Shown: one piece after another, positions 16,601 through 30,498 of the stretch
Layout: every line of letters starts with the position of its first letter
Position numbering within the stretch: position 1 is the stretch's first letter
Source of the DNA: the human T2T-CHM13v2.0 reference genome, Homo sapiens
Direction of reading: 5' to 3'
NCBI GenBank assembly: GCA_009914755.4
Contig: CP086569.2
Location: 3,680,001 to 3,744,000 of the forward strand
DNA: 64,000 nt
Notes under the pieces: model-generated
What the model saw: only the letters and a program-made list of their open reading frames with translations
What the model was told of the DNA's origin: nothing
Database searches by the model: none
Program-made: the position numbers and the translations under genes

Positions 16601-18120
16601 CAACATACGTCAATTTTAAATGGCAGACAAGAGTCCCAGTTGATTGAAAAAAAAATATGTGATGTAATTTATTATGCCATTACTGGTAAAAATCAAGTGT
16701 TTTTGCTAGTACTCCAAAGATCTGGCAGCACAACTGGTACTTTTATGGAATGGGAGGCAAAGCACATCAAGCAGACATTTGGGACTCTAAGAAGCAGATG
16801 GTGTTGTTTATTCAAAACAAATGACAAATAATGTATTAATTTATGGACACTACAAAAATTAAATATCATTTTAAAGAATGCTAGAGTAGGTCAGGACTCG
16901 AAGAAACCGGTGTATTGCACTGAAGGGCAGCAGAGAGTAGTAAGAAACTGGTGCCTAGAAACACTTTTAGGAGAGAAACACCATAAGGTAATAAATGAGT
17001 ATACCTTGTCATGCTCATCAATTGCAAACAAAGGAGAATCATGTACTATGTATTTCGCTTTCTTTTTAACCACACTCCTTATCATATATGAGAATCTCAA
17101 AAGCAGTTTACAGTGTAAACTTCTGTTTTTTTTTTAAATGAATTCTTATGTTCTCTTTAAAAACATAAGCTTCTGGTTTTAGTTTAGCGTTATATTTACA
17201 TTAGGTAAGAAAGCAGGGAGATAGGAAAACTGTTTATTTAAAAACAAAACAAATCCTCTCTTGTCTATATTTGCACCTTTGTGATACAAAAAAGTGAGTT
17301 ATTTAAGTAAAATAGAAAAAAATTTTAACTTATGTTTAGCTCAGTCCCTGGTACATAGAAAGCACAAAATAAATGCTTATTTTTCTGTACTGAATGATTG
17401 GATATAGGGATGTGAAAATAATTGAATGCCTAACCATTACTATTTTGATTTTTTACAGATTTCCTCCAAAACACTCTGCTAAGGCTCTACCCAAGAATGA
17501 ATTTACCTAACTAATCTAAAATGTTTTCAAATTATCACAAATAAAAGATTATTTTGTGATAGAGCAGAACTTATTTTGCTCTCTTTCTGTACAAAAAAAT
17601 ATATATCAAATCGAATTTCTAGAATAGCAAATGGCAAATTTTATGCATAAAAGAATAATATTTTATTACTTAATTCAAACTAAATGTTTAAGTAAGACAA
17701 AATATATGAGAAAAATATTACAGTTTTAACCTGCAATTGATTTAAATAGTTTTAATAAGAAAATTTTAAACATGAAACTGAGTTTGTGGGGAGTAATAAT
17801 TGAATAGAAATTCTTTCATTCACTTTTGTCTAGTTTTTTTATACTCCCCCCGCCACTGTATGGTTTCTTTTCATCTATATCATTTCAGTTAAAAAGGTTT
17901 AAGGCAAAAATGCATGCAATATGGAATTTTTGCCTGCAGTTTTTACATCAAAGAGACAGTGTGTGTAGGAGGTTCAGATATGGATAGTCGAATGCTGACT
18001 ATACATCGAAAGGAGTCAGAAAACATTAAGTAGTTTCTCAGGGTTGACAAACAGAATAGTTCTCTCATTTTGATTTGTAAGCTTTTTTGAACAAATACAA
18101 TAGCAAATACTTTGTTTTTA

Positions 18121-18178
18121 AAATAAAGTTACAATAAAATAAAGTTAAAATAAAGTTACATAAAAATAAAAGTTACAA
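18121..18178. repeat. ~13-bp tandem repeat (aaataaagttaca)n, ~4 copies
   Basis: aaataaagttacaataaaataaagttaaaataaagttacataaaaataaaagttaca. Confidence 0.6.
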
Positions 18179-18188
18179 AGTAGTAACT

Positions 18189-18256
18189 TTTTTTTTTTTT
18201 TTGAGATGGAATCTCTCTCTGTTGCCCAGGCTGGAGTACAGTGGCACAATCTCAGC
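18189..18256 (-). mobile_element. Alu fragment (3' end of the right arm only)
   Basis: tttttttttttttgagatggaatctctctctgttgcccaggctggagtacagtggcacaatctcagc. Confidence 0.7.
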
Positions 18257-18309
18257 ATATGAACAATTAGTTCTTTAGTTTTAATGATGCAGGATTTTTG
18301 CTCCTTAGC

Positions 18310-18800
18310 TCAGCTAGGTCCAGGTTCTTGTCTCACGACCAGGAAAAATTAGGCACGCAGACATCAAAAAGTTAGTGGAGTAGAATTTATCAAGGGAAAA
18401 GAAAGCTCTCAGCAAAAAGAGGGGAGGCTGGGGGTAGTTCTCCCACTCAAAGACAGGAGAGAACCCTAATATGGTTGAGCCCAGGACCTTTTATGGGCTC
18501 AGAATAGGGGGTATGTACTGATCAGTTTGTGAGCATGCAAAAAGGTCAAAGCGAAGACATCACTCAAACATGGGCACAACAGTGTAGAAAGCCAATTAGG
18601 AAAGGGTAAGTATATGTAAAATAGGAGAAGGATGGGGATCAATCAGAGGAAAGCATCCCAAACGGGAAGGTAGGTTCTCAATCCAGTCCAAGGACTGTTT
18701 CCAGCTTGAAGGCCAGGTTTCACTGGGGACCTGCTCCTATCTTCCTAGGCAGTTGTCTGCCTTCTGCTTCTATCACTAACGATTTGCAATACTCAACTAA
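18310..18800 (+). mobile_element. LTR-like dispersed repeat, family 'B' (partial)
   Basis: tcttgtctcacgaccaggaaaaattaggcacgcag…aagaaagctctcagcaaaaagaggggag… aligns with 27678-28380 and 51362-51920 (gtggtctcacaaccagaaaattaagaacgtgg…gaaagaagaaagctctctgcagcagagagggg). Confidence 0.4.
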
Positions 18801-18999
18801 CATGAGAATGATCCTGAAGAAAACATTTCATCTGAAAGCAAAGAGAAATTATTGGCAATGAACCTTTGGTAGTTCTGTCCCTTCCTATCCTGTTTTTAAA
18901 TATACTTAAGCATTGAGATTTAGAGACTGACAAATAAAATCAGAGTGATTTATCACTCATTTAAAAGAGAATATGATCATACATATATATCTATATATA

Positions 19000-19242
19000 A
19001 AATACATATTTTACATATATAATATTAAGAAAGTATGAGTGTTGCTGTAAAACACTGTGTAATAAGTTTAGAAATCAATCTAAACTCTGAATTAGCATAA
19101 GCCATGTGATATCAGCTGCAAAACAAAAACTGGTATAAGCAGACAAAATACTTTATCATTTACAAGGTAATGTGTGTATCTGAAGCAACATGTACCCTAA
19201 TGACCAATTTGAATGTTTTTGCCTATATTCTTAGCATTTCAA
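19000..19242 (+). repeat. Local direct duplication, copy 1 (~240 bp, ~90% identical to 20396-20641)
   Basis: …aagaaagtatgagtgttgctgtaaaacactgtgtaataagtttagaaatcaatctaaa…ccatgtgatatcagctgcaaaacaaaaactggtataagcagacaaaatac…ttgcctatattcttagcatttcaa. Confidence 0.8.
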
Positions 19243-19245
19243 GAA

Positions 19246-19654
19246 GTATATATATATTTTACATATATTATATAATATATGTTACATATATATGTATTAT
19301 ATATAATATACATATATGTATTATATACATTATATACATATATGTTACGTATATGTATTATATATATTATATACATATATTGCATGTATATATATTACAT
19401 TATGTAATATATATTATACTATATTACTAATATATTTTACATACATATTATGTAATATATATTATACTATAGTATATATACATATATGTAATATATATTA
19501 TACTATATTGCTAATATATTTTACATATATATTTAAATTGTATATATTTATATTATATAAAAGATACATAATAAATATGTTTGCATAATATATATAATAT
19601 ATGTAATTAATATATTTACATTATATGTAACATATATGTAGAATATATATATAG
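19246..19654. repeat. AT-rich minisatellite (TATATGTA/ATATATTAC-type units), ~410 bp
   Basis: Degenerate repeats such as gtatatatatattttacatatattatataatatatgttacatatatatgtattatat…; the ORF-track 'YIYYI…' peptides come from this tract. Confidence 0.9.
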
Positions 19655-20395
19655 TTCTATTGGCCAACTGAACTGGCAAGCCAAGCGATATGCATTTAAA
19701 TTTTTGATTTACTCAAATATATAATAGTAATGTTATTTCTTGGGGGTCATATTAAATGAAAAAGAAAATCCATGCTTGCCTTCATTGTCCAACAAAATTG
19801 GTGTTTGCAGGCACAAATCCCCTCTAAGCCTTTCTTTAGGTACATGGTTTTCCAAATTCTGAATCTCTAGAAAAATTGGTTGAGAAATTGGAAAAATGGA
19901 GAAAAGTATCATAAACTTCCTGTTAGAGATAAAGCATAAAAATTAACACAGAAATGTTAACTAGTACTAAGTACTAAGAAATCCTGTAACATCAAGTCAA
20001 AAATAAAAGAAGGCAACACTGACTTGGTGAATCCATGTTGAATTCCACATTTCTAGAAATACAGGAACACACGGGAGTGACACATGAGCAATCTAAGTCA
20101 TTTTTCAGGTAGCTGTTGTCCTGCGATAAATGTGCATCTGTTGCTTTGCTGCTAACAGCAAGTGATTTTTGCAAATAAAATAAATACATGTGCATGATAT
20201 ACTTCATAAAAATCCTGTGAGTGGAGTTCCAAGAAATAACAAGTTTTAGAAGCAAAGTAGCAATTTTGACACATGATTCTGTGTAGTGCTGTTAACCATG
20301 CTAGGAAATCTGAATTCTCAGTTATTTTAATATTACTCAATAATATTTACTGGTGTTTTTCAGTATTTAAATAATTTTAATAGGCCAGAGTTATA

Positions 20396-20641
20396 TGTAC
20401 ATATTTTAACAGAAGCAATGCAAAAAGAAGGTATGAGTGCTGCTGTAAAATACTGCGTAATAAGATTAGAAATCAATCTAAAATCTGAATTAACATAAGC
20501 CATGTGATGTCAACTGCAAAACAAAAATTGTTATAAGCAGACAAAATATTTTATTATTTACAAGGAAATGTGTGTATCTGAAGCACATGTACCTTAATGA
20601 CCAATTTGAAGATGTTTTTGCCTACATTCTTAGCATTTCAA
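20396..20641 (+). repeat. Local direct duplication, copy 2
   Basis: …aaagaaggtatgagtgctgctgtaaaatactgcgtaataagattagaaatcaatctaaa…cttagcatttcaa; unlike copy 1 it is not followed by an AT-rich array. Confidence 0.8.
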
Positions 20642-23068
20642 CCAATGTAAATGAAAAATAAAATAAAATTTTGTCTGAAATACTTGCATGAAACAAAGAT
20701 CAAGACTATCAAACAGAGCAATAGAGTAATATATATGCTTTGTGTATCTTAATAATTTATTTTAAAAATAGATTTAAAATATTGAATAATTTTGTTTTGA
20801 TATTTCAAATTTTGAATTATTTTTTACTTGTAATTTATTTTGTGTTATAAAAATATTGAAAGGGAACATTATCATGTCAATATCAGAAAGTCATTTTTAC
20901 ATGTATTGAAGTATATAATTTTATCATAATATACTAGCTCATGATAATAAATTATGCATTTACTATTATATTTTTTAATGAAAAATACATTTGGAACTTT
21001 AAGCATAATTTATTTAGAAAAAATGATTCACTGCTATTAGGATCACTTATTATTCAAAATTACGTAAATAAACTCTTATTAAAAATGCATAGTAACCCCT
21101 GCTTTTGAGAATTTCAAAGAATTCTTGGGAATTCTGATATTCCGTTTCTAAATCTCAAAGATCGATTGGGAATCTGGAAACATTGACTATAATAATTATT
21201 TCTCTTCCCAAACAAGCATTAATTCTTAGTGCTTTATTATCTTACATAACAAGTACAAGGATAACTAAAATTTACAATAATTTTCAAATGCAGGCTCCTG
21301 CATTTTTATCAAAAAGTATGCTGTGGCCATTATAAATATAATTTGTCCTAATTCAGAGTTATAATAAAGACAGAAAAAATGTATTAACCATTTACTAAGT
21401 GCTAAGCACTGTGCTAAACATTTTCCCTATGTTCTTCCAATAATCCACACAATACTACAAAGTTATAGGTGTTACTGATCCTCATTTTATAGAGAAGAAA
21501 ATTTTTATTCTGAGTGATATGCCCACAAGTCAACTAATAAGAAGACATTTGATCCAAAATTCTCTAATCCTTGAATGTACTTTCCAAAAGCCTTACAAAA
21601 ATAACTATAATGTAGGTGTTGTATTCTTGGAAATTTTAAGCTTGTAGATTATAAAAATATTCCTTATTTTTTATTCACAGCTTGAGGCCTTCTTCTCATC
21701 ATTGCCTATACTACCACAGATTTTTTTATTACACTTTTATTCCTGCTGTCAGCTTTAGCTTTTCTGTACAATTAGTGATTCTCTAAATTACTACCAGAAC
21801 TTTCCAAATATAATATACTTTGATGTCTCTAAAAGAGCAAGACAGGAAATGCATTCTTTAAGCTCACAGATGGAATATGAGAAAAATATGACCTCACCTA
21901 ACAAGAGATAGAAGTTTTTATTGCACATTTTGCACATTCTAAATTCAAAAACTTTCTTAAAAATGATGAAAAGTCAGTTCACAGGAAGCTATCAATTCTA
22001 AAATCTTATTTGTAAATATAAATAAGAGGCAATATGACATATGGTGAAACTCAGTAAAGAGAGTTGAGAATCTACAAGTATATTGAACAAAATAAATGAG
22101 ACTATGAGGACAAACTCTTAAAGTTCTTGTTTGAATGTTTTGAAATATCTATGAATTTACTGTATCTGGTATACAGCACTGTCTAATTACCAAGACAGGA
22201 CCCTTGGGCCACTTGGTCTTGTGTCACATTCTGGTAATCTATTATAGCATAAAGTAGGCAGGGTATCAGGTGTCAAATTTCTTTTGATAACTTACTTCAG
22301 AGATGGTTATGAGTCTGTGCATGAAGAAAAAAGAGGAGGCAGATTGACAATGTGCTTAAAGCATATTTCTCAATGAGAAACATTTCAGGAATTACTGCTG
22401 GCCTAGAAAAATATGACTGTAACTTACTTAGAAACTGAAGCCATCTGAATAATCTGGAGAGTATCTAGACACAGGACAGTGCATGTAAATTATAGCTCAG
22501 TGACTGGAGCATTTAGCTGGAGAAGGTAATGAAAGAGAAAAAGTAGAAAAGAAAGAAAAAATGAATGACATTCATTTGATTTTATTACAAATTAAAATCA
22601 CCTGTGTAAAAATCAACCAAGTCAAATATAAAACATTGCTGACTCCACAGAATCTCATTTATTCCTGCCTTCCCATATGCACAAAAATAACTACTATACT
22701 CACTTGTATAGTAACCACTTTGTTATTTTTCTTTATAATTTTACAATGTAAGCATGTACTGCTTAATAAAATAGTTTAGTTTTAGTTTGGGCTGTCACTT
22801 GAAATTTATATAAATAAATTCAATCATGCATATATGTTTTATGACTAGATTATTTTGCATAAATTCATGTTGTTAATATTTAAATATGCTGCTGCATTAA
22901 CTATTATTCTGTTATTTTAATTTTTTTTGTAACTCTCCATTGTAGAAATATACAACTTGTCTATCCCCTCTATTGATGATGGGTATTTGGGTCATTTCTA
23001 CTTTTGGAATATTAGAAATAATGGTGTTTTCAACATTTTTGTACATGGATCTTGGTACACATACTTTA

Positions 23069-23140
23069 GAAATTGTATATTATCTATATACTAGAAATCT
23101 CACTATTGGGATTTCTAGTATATAGATAACATACAATTTT
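23069..23140. repeat. Inverted repeat / hairpin: 31-bp arms with 1 mismatch and a 10-bp loop
   Basis: gaaattgtatattatctatatactagaaatc – tcactattgg – gatttctagtatatagataacatacaatttt. Confidence 0.85.
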
Positions 23141-24636
23141 ACTTTCAGTCCATAATATGAGACAGTTTTCCAAAAATTTTACCTGTTTGCAATCCTGCTT
23201 TATCCTCAAACAGCAAATTTTGAAGTTTTAGTTATTGTGGTACATGTTTTAATATCTTATTGTGGTTTAAGTTAGCTTTTTCCCTTATTATTTATAGCAT
23301 AAAGCACATTTTCTTTGATTACTTAGAGTATAAACACTAATCTTAATTGCCAACTAACTGGGCCATGATATTTAGATACTTGGTGAAATGATTTTTTAAG
23401 ATGTTTCTGTGAAGATATTTTTCAGATGAGATTAACATTTAAAACAGTAGTCTTTGAGTAAATCAGATTACTCTCCATAATGTAGGGGAGCTTCATACAA
23501 TCAGTGGAAGGTGTTAATAAAAAAAAAATATTAACCTGCCCCAGACAAAAGATGGAATTCTGCTAGAAACTGCCTTTGGACTTGAATTGCGACATCAACT
23601 CATCAACTATTCCCTGAGTGTACAGCCTGCTGGCCTACTCTGCAGATTTTGAACTTGCCAGCTCCCACAATTATGTGAGCCAATCCTTAAAATCTCTTTG
23701 AAAAAAAGAGAAAGAGAATCATATATATGTATGGCTTTATTTCTCTGGAGAGATTCTGAACAACACAGATGGTTTCTTTTGTAAACACCTATGCTAGGTA
23801 CTTATTTTTTTGACTACTGGCTTGTCTTTCTTCTTGGTAATTGTCCCGCAAACATTCCTAAACCCTCTATTCCATTATTTGTGTTGCAGATATCTTGTTC
23901 CACCCTCTGACATCATTTTCACTATCTTAATGATACTTTCTAATGAATTGCTTTTCTTAATTTATGGTAAGACATTACACCAACCATTTTCTTTACGATT
24001 AGTTTATAATATGTATTGTTTAAGCAGTCTTACTTACTCCAAGATTATTTAAATATTATATTATCTTCTAGAAACTTTAATTTTTGATTTTTACATTTAG
24101 ATCTACAATATATCTTAAATTAATTTTAGTGTGTAGTTTGATATAATAAGGCCAGGTTTTTCTTGTTCTTTATAATTATACAATTATATTCAACCACCTT
24201 AACACTATTTATTGAAAATACTGCTCTTTTTTCACTTCCATGAAATGTCACCTCTGTCATAAATATCCATATGTGTTATTGGTTCCATCAGTCCATTTGT
24301 CAATACTTGCACCAAGACTACACTTTCTTGATTTCTGTGGATTTCGATCATGATATCTAGTAGTAATATTCACCCCACCATGTAATTCTTTTTAAGAGTA
24401 TCTTAAATATTTTTAGCCCTCTACATTTCCATATAACTTTTAGATGTAGTTGACAGGATTCCATTAAAATCAACCAAAGAATTCTGATAAAGAATACACT
24501 GAATGTCTTAATTATTTTATGAATAACATAATTCTTTTCAGTAGTTAGTCTTCTATTCCATAGACATGGTATATTCCCCCGTTTATTTATGTCTTTCTTA
24601 ATTTTTTCAATGACCATTAAAACTTTACTCTATGGT

Positions 24637-24952
<316 letters not shown>

Positions 24953-25162
24953 ACTTTACTCTTTGGTGGTCTTCTACAGCTCATTAGTTTATCCCAATTG
25001 TTTGAAATTTCGATGCCATTGTAATGATTTATTTTAGAGTTTCATTTTCTTATTGTTTGCTGGGGGTATGTACACATAAATGATTGTTGTATATTGGCCT
25101 TATAGCAAAGATGAATATTAACTAGATTATTGATTCTAAAACATTAACTTTGGGTTTTTTTA

Positions 25163-25490
<328 letters not shown>

Positions 25491-25533
25491 ATGTCATCTT
25501 TAAATAATGCTTTTTCTTTGTTTTTAAGAATTT

Positions 25534-25834
<301 letters not shown>

Positions 25835-26192
25835 GAATTATATATATTTTTTCTCTATATTAAATGACTGGCCTGGCTATACTTTCTAAGTAAAATGATA
25901 AATAAAACTAGTTATATCAGGTGTCTTTGTCTTATTCTTGGCCTTAGTGGAAAAGCTTTTAATATTTCATTAAAAAGCAAATTATTTCACAAAACATTAT
26001 TTGTACATATTTTAAAGAAAATTAATACTTTCCCTGGATTCCTCTTTTGCTGTGTTTTTATTATGAATGGATGTGAATTTTATTATAACATTTCTCTGCA
26101 TCTGTGAGATTAAAGTGATGAACTTTTAATATGATAAATTATATTGAGATATATATATATTTTCTTTTTTTGAAATTTTATTAAGAAATATT

Positions 26193-26462
26193 GGCTGGAT
26201 GTGGTGGCACATGCCTGTAATTTCAGCAGTTCAGGAGGCCAAGGTGGATGGATTGCTTGAGCCTAGGAGTTTGAGACAAGCCTGAACAACATGACAAAAA
26301 CCTGTTTCTACAAAAAATACAAAGAAATTTGCCAGGCATGGTGGCTCATGCTACTTTGGAGGCTGAGGTAGGAGGATCACCTGAGCGAGGGGAGGTAGAG
26401 GCTGATTGTTTCACTGCACTCCAGCCTGGGTGACAGAGTGAGATCCTGTCTCAGAAAAAAAG
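26193..26462 (+). mobile_element. Alu (AluJ-like, diverged)
   Basis: ggctggatgtggtggcacatgcctgtaatttcagcagttcaggaggccaaggtggatggattgcttgagcctaggagtttgagacaagcctgaacaacatg…cactgcactccagcctgggtgacagagtgagatcctgtctcagaaaaaaag. Confidence 0.9.
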
Positions 26463-26796
26463 ATAAGGAATTTTTTTAATTAAAAAAATTAATATTTTTA
26501 AACATACAGACTATGAATATTTTTAACGCACCACCTACATTCAACAGTTAATATTTTACAAAATATTTAGTCATGTAACTATTCATCTTGTCACCACTGT
26601 AGCCACTCATCAATCTACCTTGTCATTCATTTTAAAATAAGTTAAAGACATCACTACATTTCTCCCCAAGTATTTCAGCATGCTTATGATTAAATTTAGC
26701 TCAATAATTTTTTAGTGATTCATTTTATTTTCACTTAAGGACAATGCTATGTGTGATGAAATGCACAAATCCATTGGAATGAAATGATCATTTTAT

Positions 26797-27060
26797 TGTA
26801 TGGTAGTACCAAAATGTATTTGTATTAGTTTTCTATTATTTTGTTAGAAAATCTCACAAACGTAGAAGTTTAAAAAACAAAAAAAGATCTATTATATCAA
26901 ATTTTCTGGAGGTTAGAAGTCCAGGTAGGTATTGGCCAGTTTCTCTCCTCAGGGTTTCAAAAAGCTGAAATCAATGTTCCAGTCAAAGCTTAGTATCATC
27001 CTCTTCAGATCAGATTAAGGTGCTCTTCCAAGCTCAGAGTTTTGTATTTGTTTAAATGCA
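26797..27060 (+). mobile_element. Ancient interspersed repeat, family 'C' (copy 1). The family name is not determined.
   Basis: attgtatggtagtaccaaaatgtatttgtattagttttctatt…ggaggttagaagtccaggtag…tcaatgttccagtcaaag…ccaagctcagagttttg is ~80% alignable with 38361-38625. Confidence 0.5.
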
Positions 27061-27677
27061 CAGTAATTAAAAGTTTTTTTTTTAATCAGCAAAAGCAGTT
27101 AAAGTAAACAAAAATATTTTAGCCTAAAATATATTTATTTCACATATTCTGAAGTGGCCCTGCCATGTTGTTTTTCATGGGGGAAATTTGCATCTGTAGA
27201 TCTGTTGATTCATTAATGCAGTCAATGCTTCCCTTGTCCAGATCTAGGAAAGATTAAATGAGAATCTAACACCTTTATAGGTCTGAAAAGAAATATTTAC
27301 CACCTATTTTCTCTGAAACCTGCTACCTGTGAGGTTTCATCTACATAACAAGATTGCTTTTGCTAGTCAAGCCTCTTCCTTTCTCCTTCCAATAACCTGT
27401 CTTGGCACTAAAACCTGTTTTTGGCCATGCTGTATGCCCATATTCTTTCTGTAACCTCAAGATGGTATATAAGCCTCTGTACCCTATTAGAGGGTTGGGT
27501 CTTCATTCTGAAGACTCCCATATAGTAGACTCATTATTACACATAAACGTGTATGTGTTTTCTCTGATTAATCAACCTGCCTCATGTCAGTGATTTTCAG
27601 TGAACATTTAGGAGGCCACAGTATATAAACTGCAGAAAAATTTTACTACGACTGAAAAAAATGTATCATTCAATTAG

Positions 27678-28380
27678 TTATAATCTGTCAATCGAGAAAA
27701 ATGATGAGACTGAAACCAGCCTCATTGTCTGAGGTGCCACCCGAAGTTGTTGATGTCACGGCCAACGAAATCAAGGACTCGGATACTCCAAAGGTGAGGT
27801 TAGAGCAGTAGTTAAATAAGTGAAAGAAGGAAAGCTCTCTAGAGCAGAGAGGGTTCCCAGAAAGATGGGTTGCCGTATTACAGTGAAATGCGAGGGTTTT
27901 TATAGAAAAGCTGGAGGGGAGCCATGCTTCATTTGGTTGAGGCGCAAATTTCTGAGTTCCCGCCCCACCCTTTCTAGTGCACATGCGGGCTTCTTAGTTT
28001 GAGTTACTCCATGTTGTTTATCGCTTCCTGCTGCACATGTGTAAAAAGGCGGAGAACAGAACCCTCTAAGGTGGACGTGCCTGGTTCAGAGTAGCTCTTA
28101 TCAGTGCTGCGTCAGGCGCTCCCCCTGCACAAGCCTGCCTGTCTGAGTATTTCCAAGAAGGGAGGACTGTGTTACCTGGGACCCACTGTATCTTTGTATG
28201 TCACACAGGAGGCCCCTTTCTGTGTTAGAGCTTGCCTTCATTATCTGCGTTTGCCGCCTTATCGCTTAGGCTGCTCTTTCATGAAGGAGAAATGACCTCT
28301 TGGGCTGCTCTTTGTTAGAAGACACTCTGCTTTTTGTTAGAAGGGAATTCCACCGGGGACCCTTGCCCTAACTATCTAGT
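27678..28380 (+). mobile_element. LTR-like dispersed repeat, family 'B' (most complete copy)
   Basis: It aligns with 18310-18800 and 51362-51920. It is comparatively GC/CpG-rich (cacggccaacgaaatcaaggactcgg, ttcccgccccaccc). Confidence 0.45.
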
Positions 28381-29940
28381 TGATTTCTCTCTCTCTCCTC
28401 TCACAAGACAACTATCAATCATTTTACAGTTTCTTTGTCAAAGTTAAGGACACGTGCCCAGGAGACAAGTCTATGCCTTTCCCTGAAGACAATTTTGAGG
28501 GATCCAAATTTAAAGGGGAAAGGGCGGGATATTAAGAAAGAAACAATTTTCACTTAAGGTGGTGGGGGCGGGGAGTAGAAAAAATAGTAATTCATGCCTT
28601 TGTCTGGCTCAGTTAATCTGCATTTTTTTTTTTTTTTTTACGTAAGATGACATAGATAAATGGGGCAGAGGAAAAATGCACGGAATCTGCATTTTTACAT
28701 ACGATAACATACACAAAATGTTGCAGGGGAATAATCAGATACATATTTGTGTCAGGTGGAGGCGGGGGTGAATTCAACTGTAAAGATAAGCTATTAATTT
28801 ACATTGCCATGGTGAAATTTCAACAGAAACACCTTAAAGATCTGGGAGCTCACTGAGAATTTCCTTGTGAGCAAAAATATGGGGGAGGCACGTAGCTTTT
28901 CATCTTGCAGCCGTCTTATTTAGGAACCAAAAGAGGTAGGCAGGTTTGTGTGACCCAGTTTCCAGCTTAACTTTTCCTTCTGGTTTAATGAGTTTGGGGT
29001 CCCAAGATTTATTTTCTTTTCATAAATCCATGCATGAATATTTAAAAATACAGACATTTCCATTGTACCAGTAAGTTTTCTTGTTCCTTCGTAGTGAAGT
29101 TCCAACCTTGTCCACATAGAAACTTTTTTTTTCATTTTACTCCTTGACCACTGTAAACATGTTTATTTTAAAGTTGCATTTTGTGACTGAAACCAGCCAC
29201 ATAGCGTTGACAAGAATTGCCTGCTAGGTTCTGTTCAGAAATAAAGTTCTAATTAAGCTTTAGTTCGGCTACATTTTGACTCACTTTCTTGTTGCTAGAA
29301 GTCTCACCATTTGCATTCCCATTGTTCCTATAGACAGGATCTCTGACATTAGAATCACAAGGCTTTTTTTTTTTTAAGGATCACTTAATATGTTTTTTCA
29401 GATCCTGGATTCCAGCAACTAGTTTAAAGACCTCCACAGAGGAATGACATCAGCATGAAAATGCAACTTTATCTCCCTGTACCATCACTTCACTCTGCAC
29501 TCATTGACCAATCAATAATCTCCACACTTTGGACTACTCCAAAATTCTTAAGAATCTTAACTTCAAATTCCTGGAGAAGATAGGTTTGATGTTTTCTCCC
29601 ATCTCCTTTTTCAGTGACTTTATGATCAAACCTCTTTATCTGCTGCAGCCTAGTGTCTCAGCATATTGAGTTCAGAACTTACTATAGTTACAGAACATAC
29701 ATAGACCCCATAGGAATTTGCGTAATCGATATACTTCTGGGTTTTGTTCATTTTGCTTCTCTTCTCAAATGCCTATTTTACATTGTGTTTTAACAATTTT
29801 ATTTTGAAAATTGTTTGTAAACTATTTTGAGGTTCAGAATTGTCATATGTTACCAATGAGTGTTTAAATTCTCTTCTGCACTTGGTATTACTATGGTATT
29901 ACTAGCATTCTGCACTTGGTATCACTAGCCCTCCAGGAAT

Positions 29941-30266
29941 TTTTTTGTTTGTTTGTTTGTTTTTGTTTTTGTTTTGTTTTTGTTTGTTTGAGACAGAGAC
30001 TTGCTCTGTTGCCTAGGCTGGAGTGCAGTGGCATGATCTCAGCTAACTACAACCTCTGCCTCCCAAGGTCAAGGGATACTCATGCCTCAGCCTCTCAAGT
30101 AGCTGAGATTACAAACGTGCACCACTATGCCCAGCGAATATTCGTATTTTTAGTAGAGATGGGGTTTCACCATGTTGACCAGGCTCGAACTCCTGACCTC
30201 GAGTGATCTACCCGCCTCCGCCTTCCAAAGTGATGGGATTACAGGTGTGAGCCACTGGCCCTGGCC
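29941..30266 (-). mobile_element. Alu (AluS-like), full length, with a (GTTT)n-containing tail
   Basis: tttttgtttgtttg…gagacagagacttgctctgttgcctaggctggagtgcagtggcatgatctcagctaactacaacctctgcctcc…gggattacaggtgtgagccactggccctggcc. The flanks carry an approximate TSD, ccaggaat / ccaaggaat. Confidence 0.95.
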
Positions 30267-30498
30267 AAGGAATATTTAATACCAAATCAATGTTCCAGGT
30301 GATCAAAAGCTCAGTTTAGTTTCTCATTTTGTTCAAATTTTTGTGAAGATTCACAAACTAGATCATGGTGTTACTGACCATGGGTTCTTGGGTTCTCAAT
30401 GCAATATAAATTGACATGAGGCCAAAAGAGTTTTCCCAGATAAAGCTTTATTGGAGCTTGTATTAGTCAGGGTTTTCCAGAGGGATGAAGCTAATAAG

